Origin: Candidatus Dojkabacteria bacterium
GTDB taxonomy: Bacteria; Patescibacteriota; Dojkabacteria; SC72
Direction of reading: 5' to 3'
Length of the DNA stretch: 64,000 nt
Assembly: GCA_012513575.1 (NCBI GenBank)
Contig: JAAZBX010000007.1
Location: forward strand, 27,931 to 91,930
Translations under genes and position numbers: made by a program
Shown: piece after piece, positions 41,759 through 52,309 of the stretch
Numbering within the stretch: position 1 is the first letter of the stretch
Layout: every line of letters starts with the position of its first letter
The notes under the pieces: generated by a model
Database searches by the model: none
Seen by the model: the letters and a program-made list of their open reading frames with translations, nothing else
What the model was told of the DNA's origin: nothing

Positions 41759-42157
41759 TTACAATTGTCCGGGTTCGCCGACATATTTGTTTAATTCTTT
41801 GACTAAGCCATCGTAATCTAAATCAGTTTTTACTAAATATGATGAAGCTCCTAGGCTAAACGATTCTCTAATAACAGACTCACTTGTCATATTAGTTAGG
41901 ATAATTACAGACATATCTCCATATTTCCCAGTATTTGTTTTAATAGCCCTGAGAACCTCCAAACCATCAACACCAGGCATCATCAAATCAAGAAGAAGAA
42001 TGTCAACGTTACCTAAGTTCTTTGACAATGTATCTAGGGCTTGATATCCATCAGAGGCTGTTAAAGCAAAGAAACCTGCCGTTTCAATTAATTCTTTGTA
42101 AGAATCCAACAAGTCTTTCTCATCCTCTACGACTAGAATTGTTTTCTTTTTATCCAT
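41759..42157 (-). CDS. Single-domain response regulator
   Basis: ILVVEDE, LLDLMMP, ILTN, YLVK. Confidence 0.9.
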   Translation of the reverse strand: MDKKKTILVVEDEKDLLDSYKELIETAGFFALTASDGYQALDTLSKNLGNVDILLLDLMMPGVDGLEVLRAIKTNTGKYGDMSVIILTNMTSESVIRESFSLGASSYLVKTDLDYDGLVKELNKYVGEPGQL

Positions 42158-42198
42158 TTCACCTGTTTGTTGAATTTAGACAGTTTGGTTTATACATA

Positions 42199-42900
42199 TT
42201 ACCATATTATCGTTTCAGTTTTAATAATTGCTTGCCTCTGGAATTGTCTGTTTAGTAACTCACCGTTCCCAAAGTACCAATTTACAGCAGAAGAGAGCAT
42301 ATCTAATTGAATTACTTTGTTTTTCTCAACTGTAGGTTTAAGTTGTATAGTAAAATTCTCGATGTTTACAAATCTAGAGTTTAATACAACAAAATTTTCA
42401 TTTTCGGATATCAAACAATCACGATGATCATCGGGAGTATCCGCTAAATCAGGTTTTGAAGCTCTTAGAATATATCCATTTACATTCCCACTATTATCAA
42501 CATCAGTAGAAACACCTTTGTAGAAGGCTAAACAAATCCACCCAGTTGAGCCGTTTGGTTTGAAATGAATCTCATTACCTGTTTGGTTAGGAACTGTTAC
42601 TTCATCAAAAGAAGAAATCTCTGTTATATTTCCATTCTCAAAATTAAACGTTCTGGCATTACTTTGATAAAGACGAACATTACTCGGATCTGTTGTCCTG
42701 AGTGTTCTTCTTAACATCTCTAAAACATACTCTGATTCCGTTCTTACTCTTGCCTTGTTAGTAGAAGTTGTGGATACCCTTATCAATGTTGAGAGGACTA
42801 AAGCGGAAGTAAGCATTAAGAAACCAAGGATTACAGTCGTTATTAACATCTCCACCAAGCTAAACCCTTCGTATGTTTTTCTCTTTTTCATTCTCATCAT
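42199..42900 (-). CDS. Minor type IV pilin
   Basis: GFSLVEML class III signal. Confidence 0.85.
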   Translation of the reverse strand: MMRMKKRKTYEGFSLVEMLITTVILGFLMLTSALVLSTLIRVSTTSTNKARVRTESEYVLEMLRRTLRTTDPSNVRLYQSNARTFNFENGNITEISSFDEVTVPNQTGNEIHFKPNGSTGWICLAFYKGVSTDVDNSGNVNGYILRASKPDLADTPDDHRDCLISENENFVVLNSRFVNIENFTIQLKPTVEKNKVIQLDMLSSAVNWYFGNGELLNRQFQRQAIIKTETIIW

Positions 42901-43496
42901 CTTAAAGGTATTACAGTTGAATATATATAGTGTTTGACATTTCTTCTTGCAGTATATGTACCTTCGCTTGCAAGATGACCAACCACAATCCCAACATTTA
43001 TTTGTTTATCCGTAGACGCAGTGTAGGGATAAAAACATGCATATCTAAAGAAACCACTTCCAACATTATTTGTCATTATTTCTGCATCTTCAAAATCTTC
43101 TCTATGAATATTAATCGTTTCTATTGTAAGAGAAGATATCGTCAGAATCTTAAAGTCATCATCTTTTTTAAATTCAAACACTCCTGAATTTGTAGTATCA
43201 GGAATAAAACATTTGATATTTGTTGGAAAACTAGGAGCTATTTTGTTAAAAAATGATATAGCATCAGAAGAAGTAGGATACTCGTAAAATTCCTGGACTA
43301 TATTCTCAGCCATATTTGCTCCTTCAACTGCATACTGTGTCATTTTATCTATTCTTTCATTTTCTACAGCATCACTCATTGTAGAAGCTGCAATTCTCAT
43401 AAGGACAACAGATGCGACACCAACTACCATTATGGCAATAAGGGATTCAATAAAGCCCATTCCTTCATATGAATTGTATTTAATTTTGTTCTTCAT
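42897..43496 (-). CDS. Minor type IV pilin (PilV-like)
   Basis: GMGFIESLIA prepilin-like N-terminus. Confidence 0.75.
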   Translation of the reverse strand: MKNKIKYNSYEGMGFIESLIAIMVVGVASVVLMRIAASTMSDAVENERIDKMTQYAVEGANMAENIVQEFYEYPTSSDAISFFNKIAPSFPTNIKCFIPDTTNSGVFEFKKDDDFKILTISSLTIETINIHREDFEDAEIMTNNVGSGFFRYACFYPYTASTDKQINVGIVVGHLASEGTYTARRNVKHYIYSTVIPLR

Positions 43497-44292
43497 TTCC
43501 TTTTACAATAATTCTTCCTGACAAGTGAGATATGACGATAGTTTTTCCACCTTTATTTCCTGGTCGTGAAATCTTAATCTCAAGGGGTAATGTTTCAGAC
43601 AAAGGCTTATGTGTATCATAATCGAAATTCAGCAACGCACCAGCAGAATCATAGAAGAGAGCTCTTCCTGTTACTGATTCAAAAAGAAGAAAAGCAGGAC
43701 GAGCATTGGGATTGGGTTCATCTGGATAACTGTCAGAAAAAACAGGCAAAATATTAACAGATAACTGCTGGTTTCCAGCTCCCATCGTACCAATACCCAT
43801 ATCTCCGAACAATGCATACCCCTTTAGGACATTGACTCCATCGCTTCCACAAGAACCCGTGTTGAAGGGTACTGTTGTAACTGGAATATTCCCATTATAT
43901 GAGCTGATGTCATTCTGTGGATCGAAATTGGGCACTGCTGATCTAGTTCTTATATCTCCATACTCAGAAAACCCTGAACACCATTTAAACGGATAATAGA
44001 CTCCGAAAGTTCCATTAACAGTATCCTCAATATTCCTTAAATCTATACCCAACCCATAAATCCATCCTTCATTTGAACTTTTTTCTAGCAACATAGCATC
44101 TCTCTGTACTTTCCTAATATTTTGTTCAAAACCATTTATAAACTCATTTAATCTAATAGTTGATTGAAAATTTTGATATGTTGAAAAAGAAAGTCCTGAT
44201 AAAAGAACAATTATGGACATAACAATCAACAACTCTATAAGTGTAAAACCAGAATATCTTGAAATCTTTTTTAACATATTAGGCAGCTTCAA
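43480..44292 (-). CDS. Minor type IV pilin (FimT/GspH-like)
   Basis: GFTLIELLIV; C-terminal ISHLSGRI. Confidence 0.82.
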   Translation of the reverse strand: MKLPNMLKKISRYSGFTLIELLIVMSIIVLLSGLSFSTYQNFQSTIRLNEFINGFEQNIRKVQRDAMLLEKSSNEGWIYGLGIDLRNIEDTVNGTFGVYYPFKWCSGFSEYGDIRTRSAVPNFDPQNDISSYNGNIPVTTVPFNTGSCGSDGVNVLKGYALFGDMGIGTMGAGNQQLSVNILPVFSDSYPDEPNPNARPAFLLFESVTGRALFYDSAGALLNFDYDTHKPLSETLPLEIKISRPGNKGGKTIVISHLSGRIIVKGNEEQN

Positions 44293-44345
44293 GTTACTAA
44301 TTCAATTTAGCATAAAACAATATACTATTCAATGTTTCTTACACT

Positions 44346-45101
44346 TTAAAGAGGTGGAATAATGAGCTGTAAGATTTTACTAAAAATCACATCTCCATAT
44401 ACAGCTCCAATTACAAAAGAAAGAGAGATGAAAGGAATCATTGGAATTTTTATCTTTTTGATATCTTCCTTTGTTATCAATCCATTAAAAATCGCATAGA
44501 GTAGAGCAGATACAATCGAGAGCCAAAAGGTCGTTAAAAATTGCTTTGGAGATATTACCAATCCAATTGAGAGTAATACTAGAATATCACCGAAGCCGAA
44601 AGATTTCTTTATTATCTTTGTTAATAGAAATATCCCTAATAATATTCCAATTGTAATAATTACAGACAGAGGAATTTGAATAAAGAGTATAAAAACAAGA
44701 ATTGAGAAAATTAATAAAGTATGAACTAAATTTCTCGGAATTTCTTTGTAGAGAAAATCATAGTATGAGAGAAGAAATAGGAATAGTAGAATTATCCAGA
44801 TATAAAAATGGGAACTATTTAAATAGAGAAGAAGGAAAGAACCTCCTAGGAAAGCTTCAGAGATAGGGTAGTAGGGATTTACCTTTGAGCGACAATTTTT
44901 ACATCTTCCTTTAATTAATAAATAACCAAAACATGGAATTAATTCATACCAAGTTAGTTTCTTTTTACATTTTTCACAATAAGAACTTTCTGTTAAGAGA
45001 GTTGATAGTTTAATATTTTTTTCAATTCTGTATAGTGTAGCGTTAATATAACTGGCCAAGGAAGCACCTAAGAAGAATATACATAAATATATAATTAGCA
45101 T
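44346..45101 (-). CDS. pilD: Prepilin peptidase
   Basis: SYCEKC...IP...GRCKNC zinc domain; YD and GFGD catalytic aspartates; IPMIPF. Confidence 0.9.
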   Translation of the reverse strand: MLIIYLCIFFLGASLASYINATLYRIEKNIKLSTLLTESSYCEKCKKKLTWYELIPCFGYLLIKGRCKNCRSKVNPYYPISEAFLGGSFLLLYLNSSHFYIWIILLFLFLLSYYDFLYKEIPRNLVHTLLIFSILVFILFIQIPLSVIITIGILLGIFLLTKIIKKSFGFGDILVLLSIGLVISPKQFLTTFWLSIVSALLYAIFNGLITKEDIKKIKIPMIPFISLSFVIGAVYGDVIFSKILQLIIPPL

Positions 45102-45124
45102 GTATCCATTATATACAGCTTTTT

Positions 45125-45155
45125 AAAAAAGAAGAACCCCTCGGAAGAGGGGTTC
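45125..45155 (-). terminator. Intrinsic terminator after pilin 2
   Basis: GAACCCCTC/GAGGGGTTC stem, T tract on the minus strand. Confidence 0.85.
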
Positions 45156-45170
45156 AAAGATATTTCTTAA

Positions 45171-45968
45171 TTACATACAGGCAGGACTATTCACATCAAG
45201 GCATTCTGTGTCTTTGTCAGAAACACAACTTGGAGAACATGGGTCATCAGGGCTTCCAGGTATTACTGGGGATGGAATATCTTTAACAATTGGTTCCAAA
45301 GTCTTATCTGTTCCATCATCCGTATCACAATATGAGGGTCTACCATCAATACAGTTTGTATTCTTTGTAGGATCACATGGAGCACAAGGGTCATAGGTTG
45401 GTTCCTCTTTTATTGGTGTCCACGTCCTTCCGTCCCAATTTGACCTTGTTTTAGCTTTCTTTATCAATTCATAACTTGCCGGGTCTTCCACAGGTAGATA
45501 CTTCTCCTTTGTTATTGTTCCAAAACCCTCTCCCATGGTTGGGTCTCCAAATCCATTTCCTACACAAATTATCCCTTTTTGTAATTCATCATCAATCCCT
45601 CCTAAAGTAACACAAATTAATACGGCTTGTTTAGATGTATTAGTAGAGTAGTAGTAGGTAGCTTCAGAACCACCATTAAAAAGACCTAAATCTAAATAGT
45701 TTTTTAGACTTCCTCCCTCTGCAGTCATCTGTTCAATACTAATTGGTGTCCCATCAGGTTGACTCCCATCTGGGAATACCCCATTATCAGTATAGAAGGA
45801 TTGAGCAGCCTGATAGAGTTGTGTGGCACCATTTTTATGTGCTATCTCATTTGATTTGTCTATTGAGAATCTTCCTGCAGCTACTCCTACGACAATTAGA
45901 ATTACCAAGATCCCCATTACAATTAGCATTTCTACTAACGTGAATGCTTTATATGATTTTTTCTTCAT
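45171..45968 (-). CDS. Type IV pilin with Cys-rich C-terminal extension
   Basis: AFTLVEML; paralog of 46078-46653; extra tail with two 4-Cys units. Confidence 0.88.
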   Translation of the reverse strand: MKKKSYKAFTLVEMLIVMGILVILIVVGVAAGRFSIDKSNEIAHKNGATQLYQAAQSFYTDNGVFPDGSQPDGTPISIEQMTAEGGSLKNYLDLGLFNGGSEATYYYSTNTSKQAVLICVTLGGIDDELQKGIICVGNGFGDPTMGEGFGTITKEKYLPVEDPASYELIKKAKTRSNWDGRTWTPIKEEPTYDPCAPCDPTKNTNCIDGRPSYCDTDDGTDKTLEPIVKDIPSPVIPGSPDDPCSPSCVSDKDTECLDVNSPACM

Positions 45969-46022
45969 AATTGCTTTTTTAAATTTACTTATTATAAATT
46001 ACACAATATCGTTATACTTGTC

Positions 46023-46051
46023 AAAAGAAAAACCCCTCCGAAGAGGGGTTT
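46023..46051 (-). terminator. Intrinsic terminator after pilin 1
   Basis: AAACCCCTC-TTCG-GAGGGGTTT on the minus strand plus T tract. Confidence 0.88.
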
Positions 46052-46077
46052 CAGATTACAAAACACTAAACTTTAAC

Positions 46078-46653
46078 TTATTGAACTACATCAACAGTTC
46101 CCCATCCATCTCCATTCCAGAAAGATGTATCAGCCGTCTCAACAATAGCAGTATATTCTGCATTCTCATCTGCTTCGTAAAATTCTTTGGTAATTGTAAA
46201 TGAGCCACTCCCATTTGTCAGAGTGTCAGGAGCAGTAAGGGCAAAACCGTTACCAACACAAGAGACACCTTTATTTGTCTCATCACCCGCTCCACCCAAG
46301 GTTACACAAACAACAACTGCCTGTCTGGTACTATTTACATAATAAGAATAGTCTGCCTCAGACCCACCCTTAAATGAACCCATATCTAAATATTTTCCCA
46401 AAGCACCCTCCACATTGTTAGGATTCGTGGTCATGTTCTCCAAAGTGTCATAACTTGGAAATCTTCCATAATCAGTAAAATGAGATTGTAATGCTTGATA
46501 TAACTGTGTAGCACCATTCTGGTGTGCAATTTGATTTGCTCTATCAATTGCAAACCTTCCTGCAGCTACTCCTACTACCATAAGGATAACTAAGATTCCC
46601 ATAACAATAAGCATCTCAATCAAAGTAAATGCTTTGTATGTTGCTCTCTTCAT
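46078..46653 (-). CDS. Type IV pilin (probable major pilin)
   Basis: AFTLIEML; Cys pair; own terminator. Confidence 0.88.
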   Translation of the reverse strand: MKRATYKAFTLIEMLIVMGILVILMVVGVAAGRFAIDRANQIAHQNGATQLYQALQSHFTDYGRFPSYDTLENMTTNPNNVEGALGKYLDMGSFKGGSEADYSYYVNSTRQAVVVCVTLGGAGDETNKGVSCVGNGFALTAPDTLTNGSGSFTITKEFYEADENAEYTAIVETADTSFWNGDGWGTVDVVQ

Positions 46654-46720
46654 ATATTTTATATATTTAGGTTAATTTAACTAATAATAAGTTACACAAT
46701 GCTATTAACATTGTCAATAG

Positions 46721-47932
46721 CTATGTCATAACTTGAGACAAACCAAACATAGGCATATACACACCAAGTGCAATAAAACCAACTGCAACACCCATAATTA
46801 TTAACATTAAAGGCTCTAAAATTGTTGAAAGATTTGAAGTAGCAGTATCAACCTCTTCTTTATAATATTGAGATACCTTTTCTAAAACTGCATCAATCTC
46901 ACCTGTCTCCTCTCCTACAGAAATCATGCTACTAACAAGAAGTGGAAAATACTCACTCCTTGCAATCGGAAGAGCTAAAGGTCCCCCCTTTTCTACCTCT
47001 TCCTTTGATTCCATTACAACATCTTTAAATATGGAATTACTTAAAGATTGTCCTGTTAGCTCAAGAGCTTTGACAATTGACAAACCACTACCAAGCAACA
47101 AAGACAGAATTCTAGTAAATTGGGCAATCTGGGTTTTTGAAATAAGTTTACCAATAATTGGGAGTTTAATTAGAAGCTTGTCTATTGTCTTCTTTCCTTT
47201 CTCTGTGCTTTTGTAATATCTGAAACTAACATAAAATACAGAAATTATGACAATAACGGCCCACCAATAATCAAGTAAGAGATCACTTGCAGTCATAAGC
47301 ATTCTGGTAATAACTGGTAAATCAGCACCAAAATCATTGTAGATATCCGACATTGATGGAACGAGCACAAACATCATCATCAAAATAACACCCAAAATTA
47401 CTACAAGGATAATAACAGGATAAATCATTGCAGATTTAATTTTACGACTAAGAGATTCTTTTTCTTCTAATTCTGTAGCCAACTTACCAAGAATAACTTC
47501 CAAATTTCCACTTTCCTCTCCAGCTTCAATTAGGTTGAGTGTAATATTGTCAAATACATCTTCCTGCTCTCTAAATGAAACCGATAATGATTTCCCTGAT
47601 TGTACTGCAGTAGAGACATTCTGAAGAACTTTTTTAAACATTGGATTGCTTGATTGGTCAACCATTATTTCCAAAGCCCTATTAAGTGGCAACCCAGACG
47701 CAATCATTGTAGCCATCTGCCTCATAAAAACAACCTTTTCTTTCATTGGAACTCCACCAATGTTTATCTCTGAAAACCTACTGGGATCTAATATGCTTGC
47801 TTCTTTAATTGAAACAACAACTAAACCTTGATCATGGAGGATATCAGCAACAGCTCCCGGGTCTCTTGCCTCAATATCTCCCTTTACCTCTCTACCGTTT
47901 TTATCTCTTGCAGAGTATTTAAATTTCCCCAT
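46721..47932 (-). CDS. pilC: Type IV pilus platform protein PilC
   Basis: AGEESGNL, AMIYP, VGEETGEI, LEP. Confidence 0.93.
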   Translation of the reverse strand: MGKFKYSARDKNGREVKGDIEARDPGAVADILHDQGLVVVSIKEASILDPSRFSEINIGGVPMKEKVVFMRQMATMIASGLPLNRALEIMVDQSSNPMFKKVLQNVSTAVQSGKSLSVSFREQEDVFDNITLNLIEAGEESGNLEVILGKLATELEEKESLSRKIKSAMIYPVIILVVILGVILMMMFVLVPSMSDIYNDFGADLPVITRMLMTASDLLLDYWWAVIVIISVFYVSFRYYKSTEKGKKTIDKLLIKLPIIGKLISKTQIAQFTRILSLLLGSGLSIVKALELTGQSLSNSIFKDVVMESKEEVEKGGPLALPIARSEYFPLLVSSMISVGEETGEIDAVLEKVSQYYKEEVDTATSNLSTILEPLMLIIMGVAVGFIALGVYMPMFGLSQVMT

Positions 47933-47935
47933 ATT

Positions 47936-49564
47936 TTAACCTTTTAATAATCTAACTACTTCATCAGGATGAACAGCATACTCCTGGGCTTTTTGGGCAG
48001 TTATCACACCCTCCCTTACCAAAGAAACCAATGATTTCTCAAGATATACCATTCCGATATCGGCACTTGTCCTAATGACATTATCTATCTGATGAGTTTT
48101 ACCTTCCCTAATAAGATTGGCGACAGCAGGTGTATTAAACAAAATCTCAGAAACTGCTCGTCTTCCTCCCTGGTCAAGAGGGATAAGTCTTTGAGCAACA
48201 ATAACCTGAAGAATATTTGATAGCTGCAACCTTACTTGGGCTTGCTGATTTTCTGGAAACACATCGATTACTCTATCAACTGTTTGAGCAGCATTGTTAG
48301 TATGCAATGTTGCAAATACTAAATGACCTGTCTCTGCCAAAGTAATCGCTGCAGCAATAGTTTCATAATCTCTCATCTCACCAACTAGGATAACATCTGG
48401 GTCTTGCCTCATTGCACTTCTTAGTGCAATTGCCCAAGAATTTGTATCATCATTCATTTCTCTCTGATCAATCAATGCTTTTTTGCCCTCAAAGACATAT
48501 TCAATAGGATCCTCTATTGTAATAATATGATCAAACCTGTTTCTATTAATATCTTCTAACATAGCAGCTAAAGTCGTACTTTTCCCGTGACCAGTTGGAC
48601 CAGTAACTAATACAAGACCCTGTTTTAACTTGGCAATTTGATGATATATTTGTGGCAAAAGCAATTCTTCAATGGTTTTAACTCTTGTTGGAATAAGTCT
48701 AAAAGCAGCTGCCAAATTTTTCATGGTATAGTAAGCATTTACCCTAAATCGTGCAGTTCTTGCACCTTCGAAGGAATATGCAAAGTCAATCTCTCTATTT
48801 ACTTCAAGAAGTTCTTTTTTATCATCAGGGATTACGGAGAGTATTAATTTTTCAGCTTCCTCAGGAGTCATGAGCTTTTCTCCAACATCAATTAATTCTC
48901 CATCAATTCTAATTATCGGAGGATATCCAACTGAAATATGCAAATCAGATGCATTTTTATTTACTACTTCGGTAAAAAGTTTTTCCATTGTAATTTCATT
49001 GCCTTCTAGAGAAATTTTTGAATTTTCGTTTTCAAGTGGCTCACTGTGTGGCATTATTGTACTAAGAGGTTTTGAAAGATTGTTTTCTTTCTCATTTCTT
49101 TCGAGAGCTTTTATTTTGTTAAGCTCAGGCATAATTTGAGAAAGAGACTCATTCCAATTACTTTTTGCAATGGGAGGAACTTGAAGATTTGGTAACTCTG
49201 TGGGCTTTTGTACATAGGTGGCCTCCTGTGTAGCAGAAGGTTGAGTCTGAGATTGCGCTGTCTGAGAAGGAGATGCCACTACAGATTCTTGTGCAGGTGG
49301 AGTATCTATAAGTGCACTAATGTCTTTTTTAAGTTCATTTAGTTTGTTTTCATCTATGTATGTCGAAGTAGAATCTTTTATCTCTGTCTTTGGCACTGAA
49401 GCGGTAGAAACAGGGGATGGTTGGGAGGGAGTAGAAGATGGTGCCACTGGATTGGTTTGAGGTTGTGGAACTTGTGTCGGAGTAACCTGAATAGGGGAGT
49501 TATTAAAATCTGGATACGCGAATTGCATTCCGTTTGGATTTTGATTTTGGGCAGTATTATCCAT
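47936..49564 (-). CDS. pilT: Retraction ATPase PilT with long low-complexity N-terminus
   Basis: ASDLH, GPTGHGKSTT, TIEDPIE, RQDPDVILVGEMRD, LIRE. Confidence 0.92.
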   Translation of the reverse strand: MDNTAQNQNPNGMQFAYPDFNNSPIQVTPTQVPQPQTNPVAPSSTPSQPSPVSTASVPKTEIKDSTSTYIDENKLNELKKDISALIDTPPAQESVVASPSQTAQSQTQPSATQEATYVQKPTELPNLQVPPIAKSNWNESLSQIMPELNKIKALERNEKENNLSKPLSTIMPHSEPLENENSKISLEGNEITMEKLFTEVVNKNASDLHISVGYPPIIRIDGELIDVGEKLMTPEEAEKLILSVIPDDKKELLEVNREIDFAYSFEGARTARFRVNAYYTMKNLAAAFRLIPTRVKTIEELLLPQIYHQIAKLKQGLVLVTGPTGHGKSTTLAAMLEDINRNRFDHIITIEDPIEYVFEGKKALIDQREMNDDTNSWAIALRSAMRQDPDVILVGEMRDYETIAAAITLAETGHLVFATLHTNNAAQTVDRVIDVFPENQQAQVRLQLSNILQVIVAQRLIPLDQGGRRAVSEILFNTPAVANLIREGKTHQIDNVIRTSADIGMVYLEKSLVSLVREGVITAQKAQEYAVHPDEVVRLLKG

Positions 49565-49586
49565 ATATATTATTTATACCAAAAAA

Positions 49587-51419
49587 TTATTCTTTTGACA
49601 CCCTTAAGACTTCTTCTATAGTTGTAATCCCTTCAAGTGCCTTTAAATAGCCATCTTGAACCATTGTTATCATCCCTTGTTCAACACCCACATCTCTAAT
49701 ATCTGAGTCAGTAACAGTTTGCAGTATCATTCTACTGATTTTTTCAGAGATATCCAGAACTTCAAAAATACCAATTCTTCCAGAATATCCTGTTCCCCCA
49801 CAGTGATCGCACCCTTTTCCTTTGTAAAGATATATTTGTGGAGTTCCATCGGGACCGACATCTGGTGCCTTCATTACAATGGGCTCCTTTGCTCCTTCGG
49901 TATCCTTTAAGCTATTTTTTGATGCAACAACTCGGTTTAAATATGAAATCAAATCAAAATCTTTAATTCCTTTAATCGTTTCAGATATATTTCTCAAAAC
50001 TTCTGGAGATACAGGATATGCTTCAATACAGTGTTTACAGACTTTTCTAGGAAGCCTTTGAGCGGCAACAGCTCGAATAGTTGAGGCTAAAAGATATGGC
50101 TCAATCCCCATGTCCATTAACCTGGGAATTGCCGCAGCAGCACTGTTTGTGTGAAGGGTGGAAAGGACCAAATGTCCTGTCAGAGATGCCTGAACAGCCA
50201 ATTGGGCCGTTTCACCATCTCTAATCTCTCCAACCATAACAATATCAGGGTCCTGCCTTAAAACTGACCTTAAGCCGTTGGCAAAAGTCAAGCCGACATC
50301 GTCATTTATCTGTACCTGAGTAACACCTGGAATTCGGATTTCAACTGGATTTTCTAGGGAGATAATATTAACCTTAGGGTCATTTACCCTCATCAAAGAG
50401 CAAGCCAATGTTCTAGTTTTACCACTACCAGTTGGACCAGTAACAAGTACGATCCCATTTGTAACACTTAATGCATCAGTAAACACTTTAAATGCGTGTC
50501 CTCTTAAACCTGTATCCTCAAGAGCAATATTTTCCGTATCAGACTCAAGTAACCTCATGACAACCTTTTCCCCATAAATCATTGGCATAATAGAAACACG
50601 GATATCTACTTTGTTTTTCCCCATTTTAACCTGAAATCTACCATCCTGAGGGATTCTTTTTTCATCAATTTTTAAATTAGAAAGAATTTTAACTCTTGAC
50701 ACTACTGCCGGTCCAAGAGACTTTGGAAGAACAAGTCTTTCCGTCATTACACCATTGATTCTAAAACGTACTCTTACCTTTTCCTCTAAAGCCTCAATAT
50801 GGATATCAGACGTTTTACTCTTAACAGCATACTGCATAATAGAATTTACAATCCTTGCAATAGGTGCCGAAGCCAGATCTGCACTGTTTAATCCCCCCAT
50901 TGCACTTCCACTTTCATCTTCTGTTATTTCGGTAACTGGGACTCCAACATCTTCAAGCGCCTCTGTTACCTGCGAACTCATCAAATCTCCAACTCTTCTG
51001 TCTAGTATCAAACCAATTCCTTCTTTCGGAGAAATATACACTTCCATTCTTGTCCCTTGCGGATATCTACTCAGTAAAGCTTGGGTCGCCTGAATATCAA
51101 AAGGATCCTCCATTGCAATTTTGACCACGTTTCCAATTCTTTCAAAAGGAACAGCTCTATACTTCGCAAGATTATCTATGGGAATCTCAGCAATTATACT
51201 CTCAGGGACAGAAATTGTTGAAAGATCAACAAAGGGGATTCCAAATATAGCTGATTTAGCTTTAGTTAAATCCAAGTCCGATACGACATTAAGATCTTTT
51301 ATGATTGCTTCTTCAGTTTTATTTGTTCTACTTCTTTCTAAAAGAACTTTTCTTACAGTCTCATCATTAACAAGATTGTTCTCCTGAAGATATTTTAATA
51401 TCGATGTTTGGGCAGCCAT
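49587..51419 (-). CDS. pilB: Extension ATPase PilB (GspE/PulE family)
   Basis: SDIHIE, PQDGR, GPTGSGKT, LRQDPD, CKHC...CDHC. Confidence 0.93.
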   Translation of the reverse strand: MAAQTSILKYLQENNLVNDETVRKVLLERSRTNKTEEAIIKDLNVVSDLDLTKAKSAIFGIPFVDLSTISVPESIIAEIPIDNLAKYRAVPFERIGNVVKIAMEDPFDIQATQALLSRYPQGTRMEVYISPKEGIGLILDRRVGDLMSSQVTEALEDVGVPVTEITEDESGSAMGGLNSADLASAPIARIVNSIMQYAVKSKTSDIHIEALEEKVRVRFRINGVMTERLVLPKSLGPAVVSRVKILSNLKIDEKRIPQDGRFQVKMGKNKVDIRVSIMPMIYGEKVVMRLLESDTENIALEDTGLRGHAFKVFTDALSVTNGIVLVTGPTGSGKTRTLACSLMRVNDPKVNIISLENPVEIRIPGVTQVQINDDVGLTFANGLRSVLRQDPDIVMVGEIRDGETAQLAVQASLTGHLVLSTLHTNSAAAAIPRLMDMGIEPYLLASTIRAVAAQRLPRKVCKHCIEAYPVSPEVLRNISETIKGIKDFDLISYLNRVVASKNSLKDTEGAKEPIVMKAPDVGPDGTPQIYLYKGKGCDHCGGTGYSGRIGIFEVLDISEKISRMILQTVTDSDIRDVGVEQGMITMVQDGYLKALEGITTIEEVLRVSKE

Positions 51420-51538
51420 CTATGCGTATTTTATTAATTACTTCTTCCAGTTTAAGATAATCGCATTAATTAGTCAATTCTTAAAAACATCATATTCCAA
51501 AAAATGAATCACATTTTTTTTTGTGTTAGAATCACTAA

Positions 51539-52225
51539 ATGACATATATTTTTGTTCGAAAAGTAGAGAAAGAAGATAAAAGTTACTTAAGAGGTTTTCT
51601 CTCAAATATCCTAAAGACAAAGAAACTCCTCTCGCTAGAAATACTATCCTCTCATCCCGACATTCATAATCTTGAAGTAACTGACAAATTAAGTATAGGT
51701 ATTGAGGATATAAAGCTATTTCAGAAGAAGCTCATATACAAACCATTCCAAGAAAGCTCTCAACTAGGAATTATTCATGATTCCCAGAAACTAACCCACG
51801 AGGCACAAAATTCCCTTCTGAAATCTCTGGAGGAGAGCGATGATAGCACTATATACGTATTAACTGTAGACAATGAGAAAAATCTTCTTCCTACAATCAG
51901 ATCTCGAGCAAGAATCATATATTCACATGTTGAGAAAATAGTTGAAAGCTCTCTTCAAGACAATTTTTTTGATTTAGATTTGGTCTCACAATTTGAAAAA
52001 ATTCAAGAAGCAAGCGAAGACAGGGTAGACTCAATAGAGTTAATAAATCAAATTGAGAATAGCTTAAAATCAAAATTTGAAATAAATATAAAAAATGGTA
52101 ATATAGATGGTTCGAAAAAATTTCTAGAGGACCTGAAAGTGATACAAAAGAGTAGGGAGAAGATAAACTCTAATTGCAATCGCAGATTGACTTTAGAGGC
52201 CATGGCAATCCAGCTTAAAGAGTAA
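51539..52225 (+). CDS. holB: DNA polymerase III delta-prime-like subunit (short)
   Basis: HPD, AQNSLLKSLEE, LLPTIRSR. Confidence 0.75.
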   Translation: MTYIFVRKVEKEDKSYLRGFLSNILKTKKLLSLEILSSHPDIHNLEVTDKLSIGIEDIKLFQKKLIYKPFQESSQLGIIHDSQKLTHEAQNSLLKSLEESDDSTIYVLTVDNEKNLLPTIRSRARIIYSHVEKIVESSLQDNFFDLDLVSQFEKIQEASEDRVDSIELINQIENSLKSKFEINIKNGNIDGSKKFLEDLKVIQKSREKINSNCNRRLTLEAMAIQLKE

Positions 52226-52309
52226 TATTTCAGGCCAATAAATGGTATAATATATAACAGAACACAGAACTTAAGAACAAATTAATTTACAGGATTTTTA
52301 CACTTTTTT

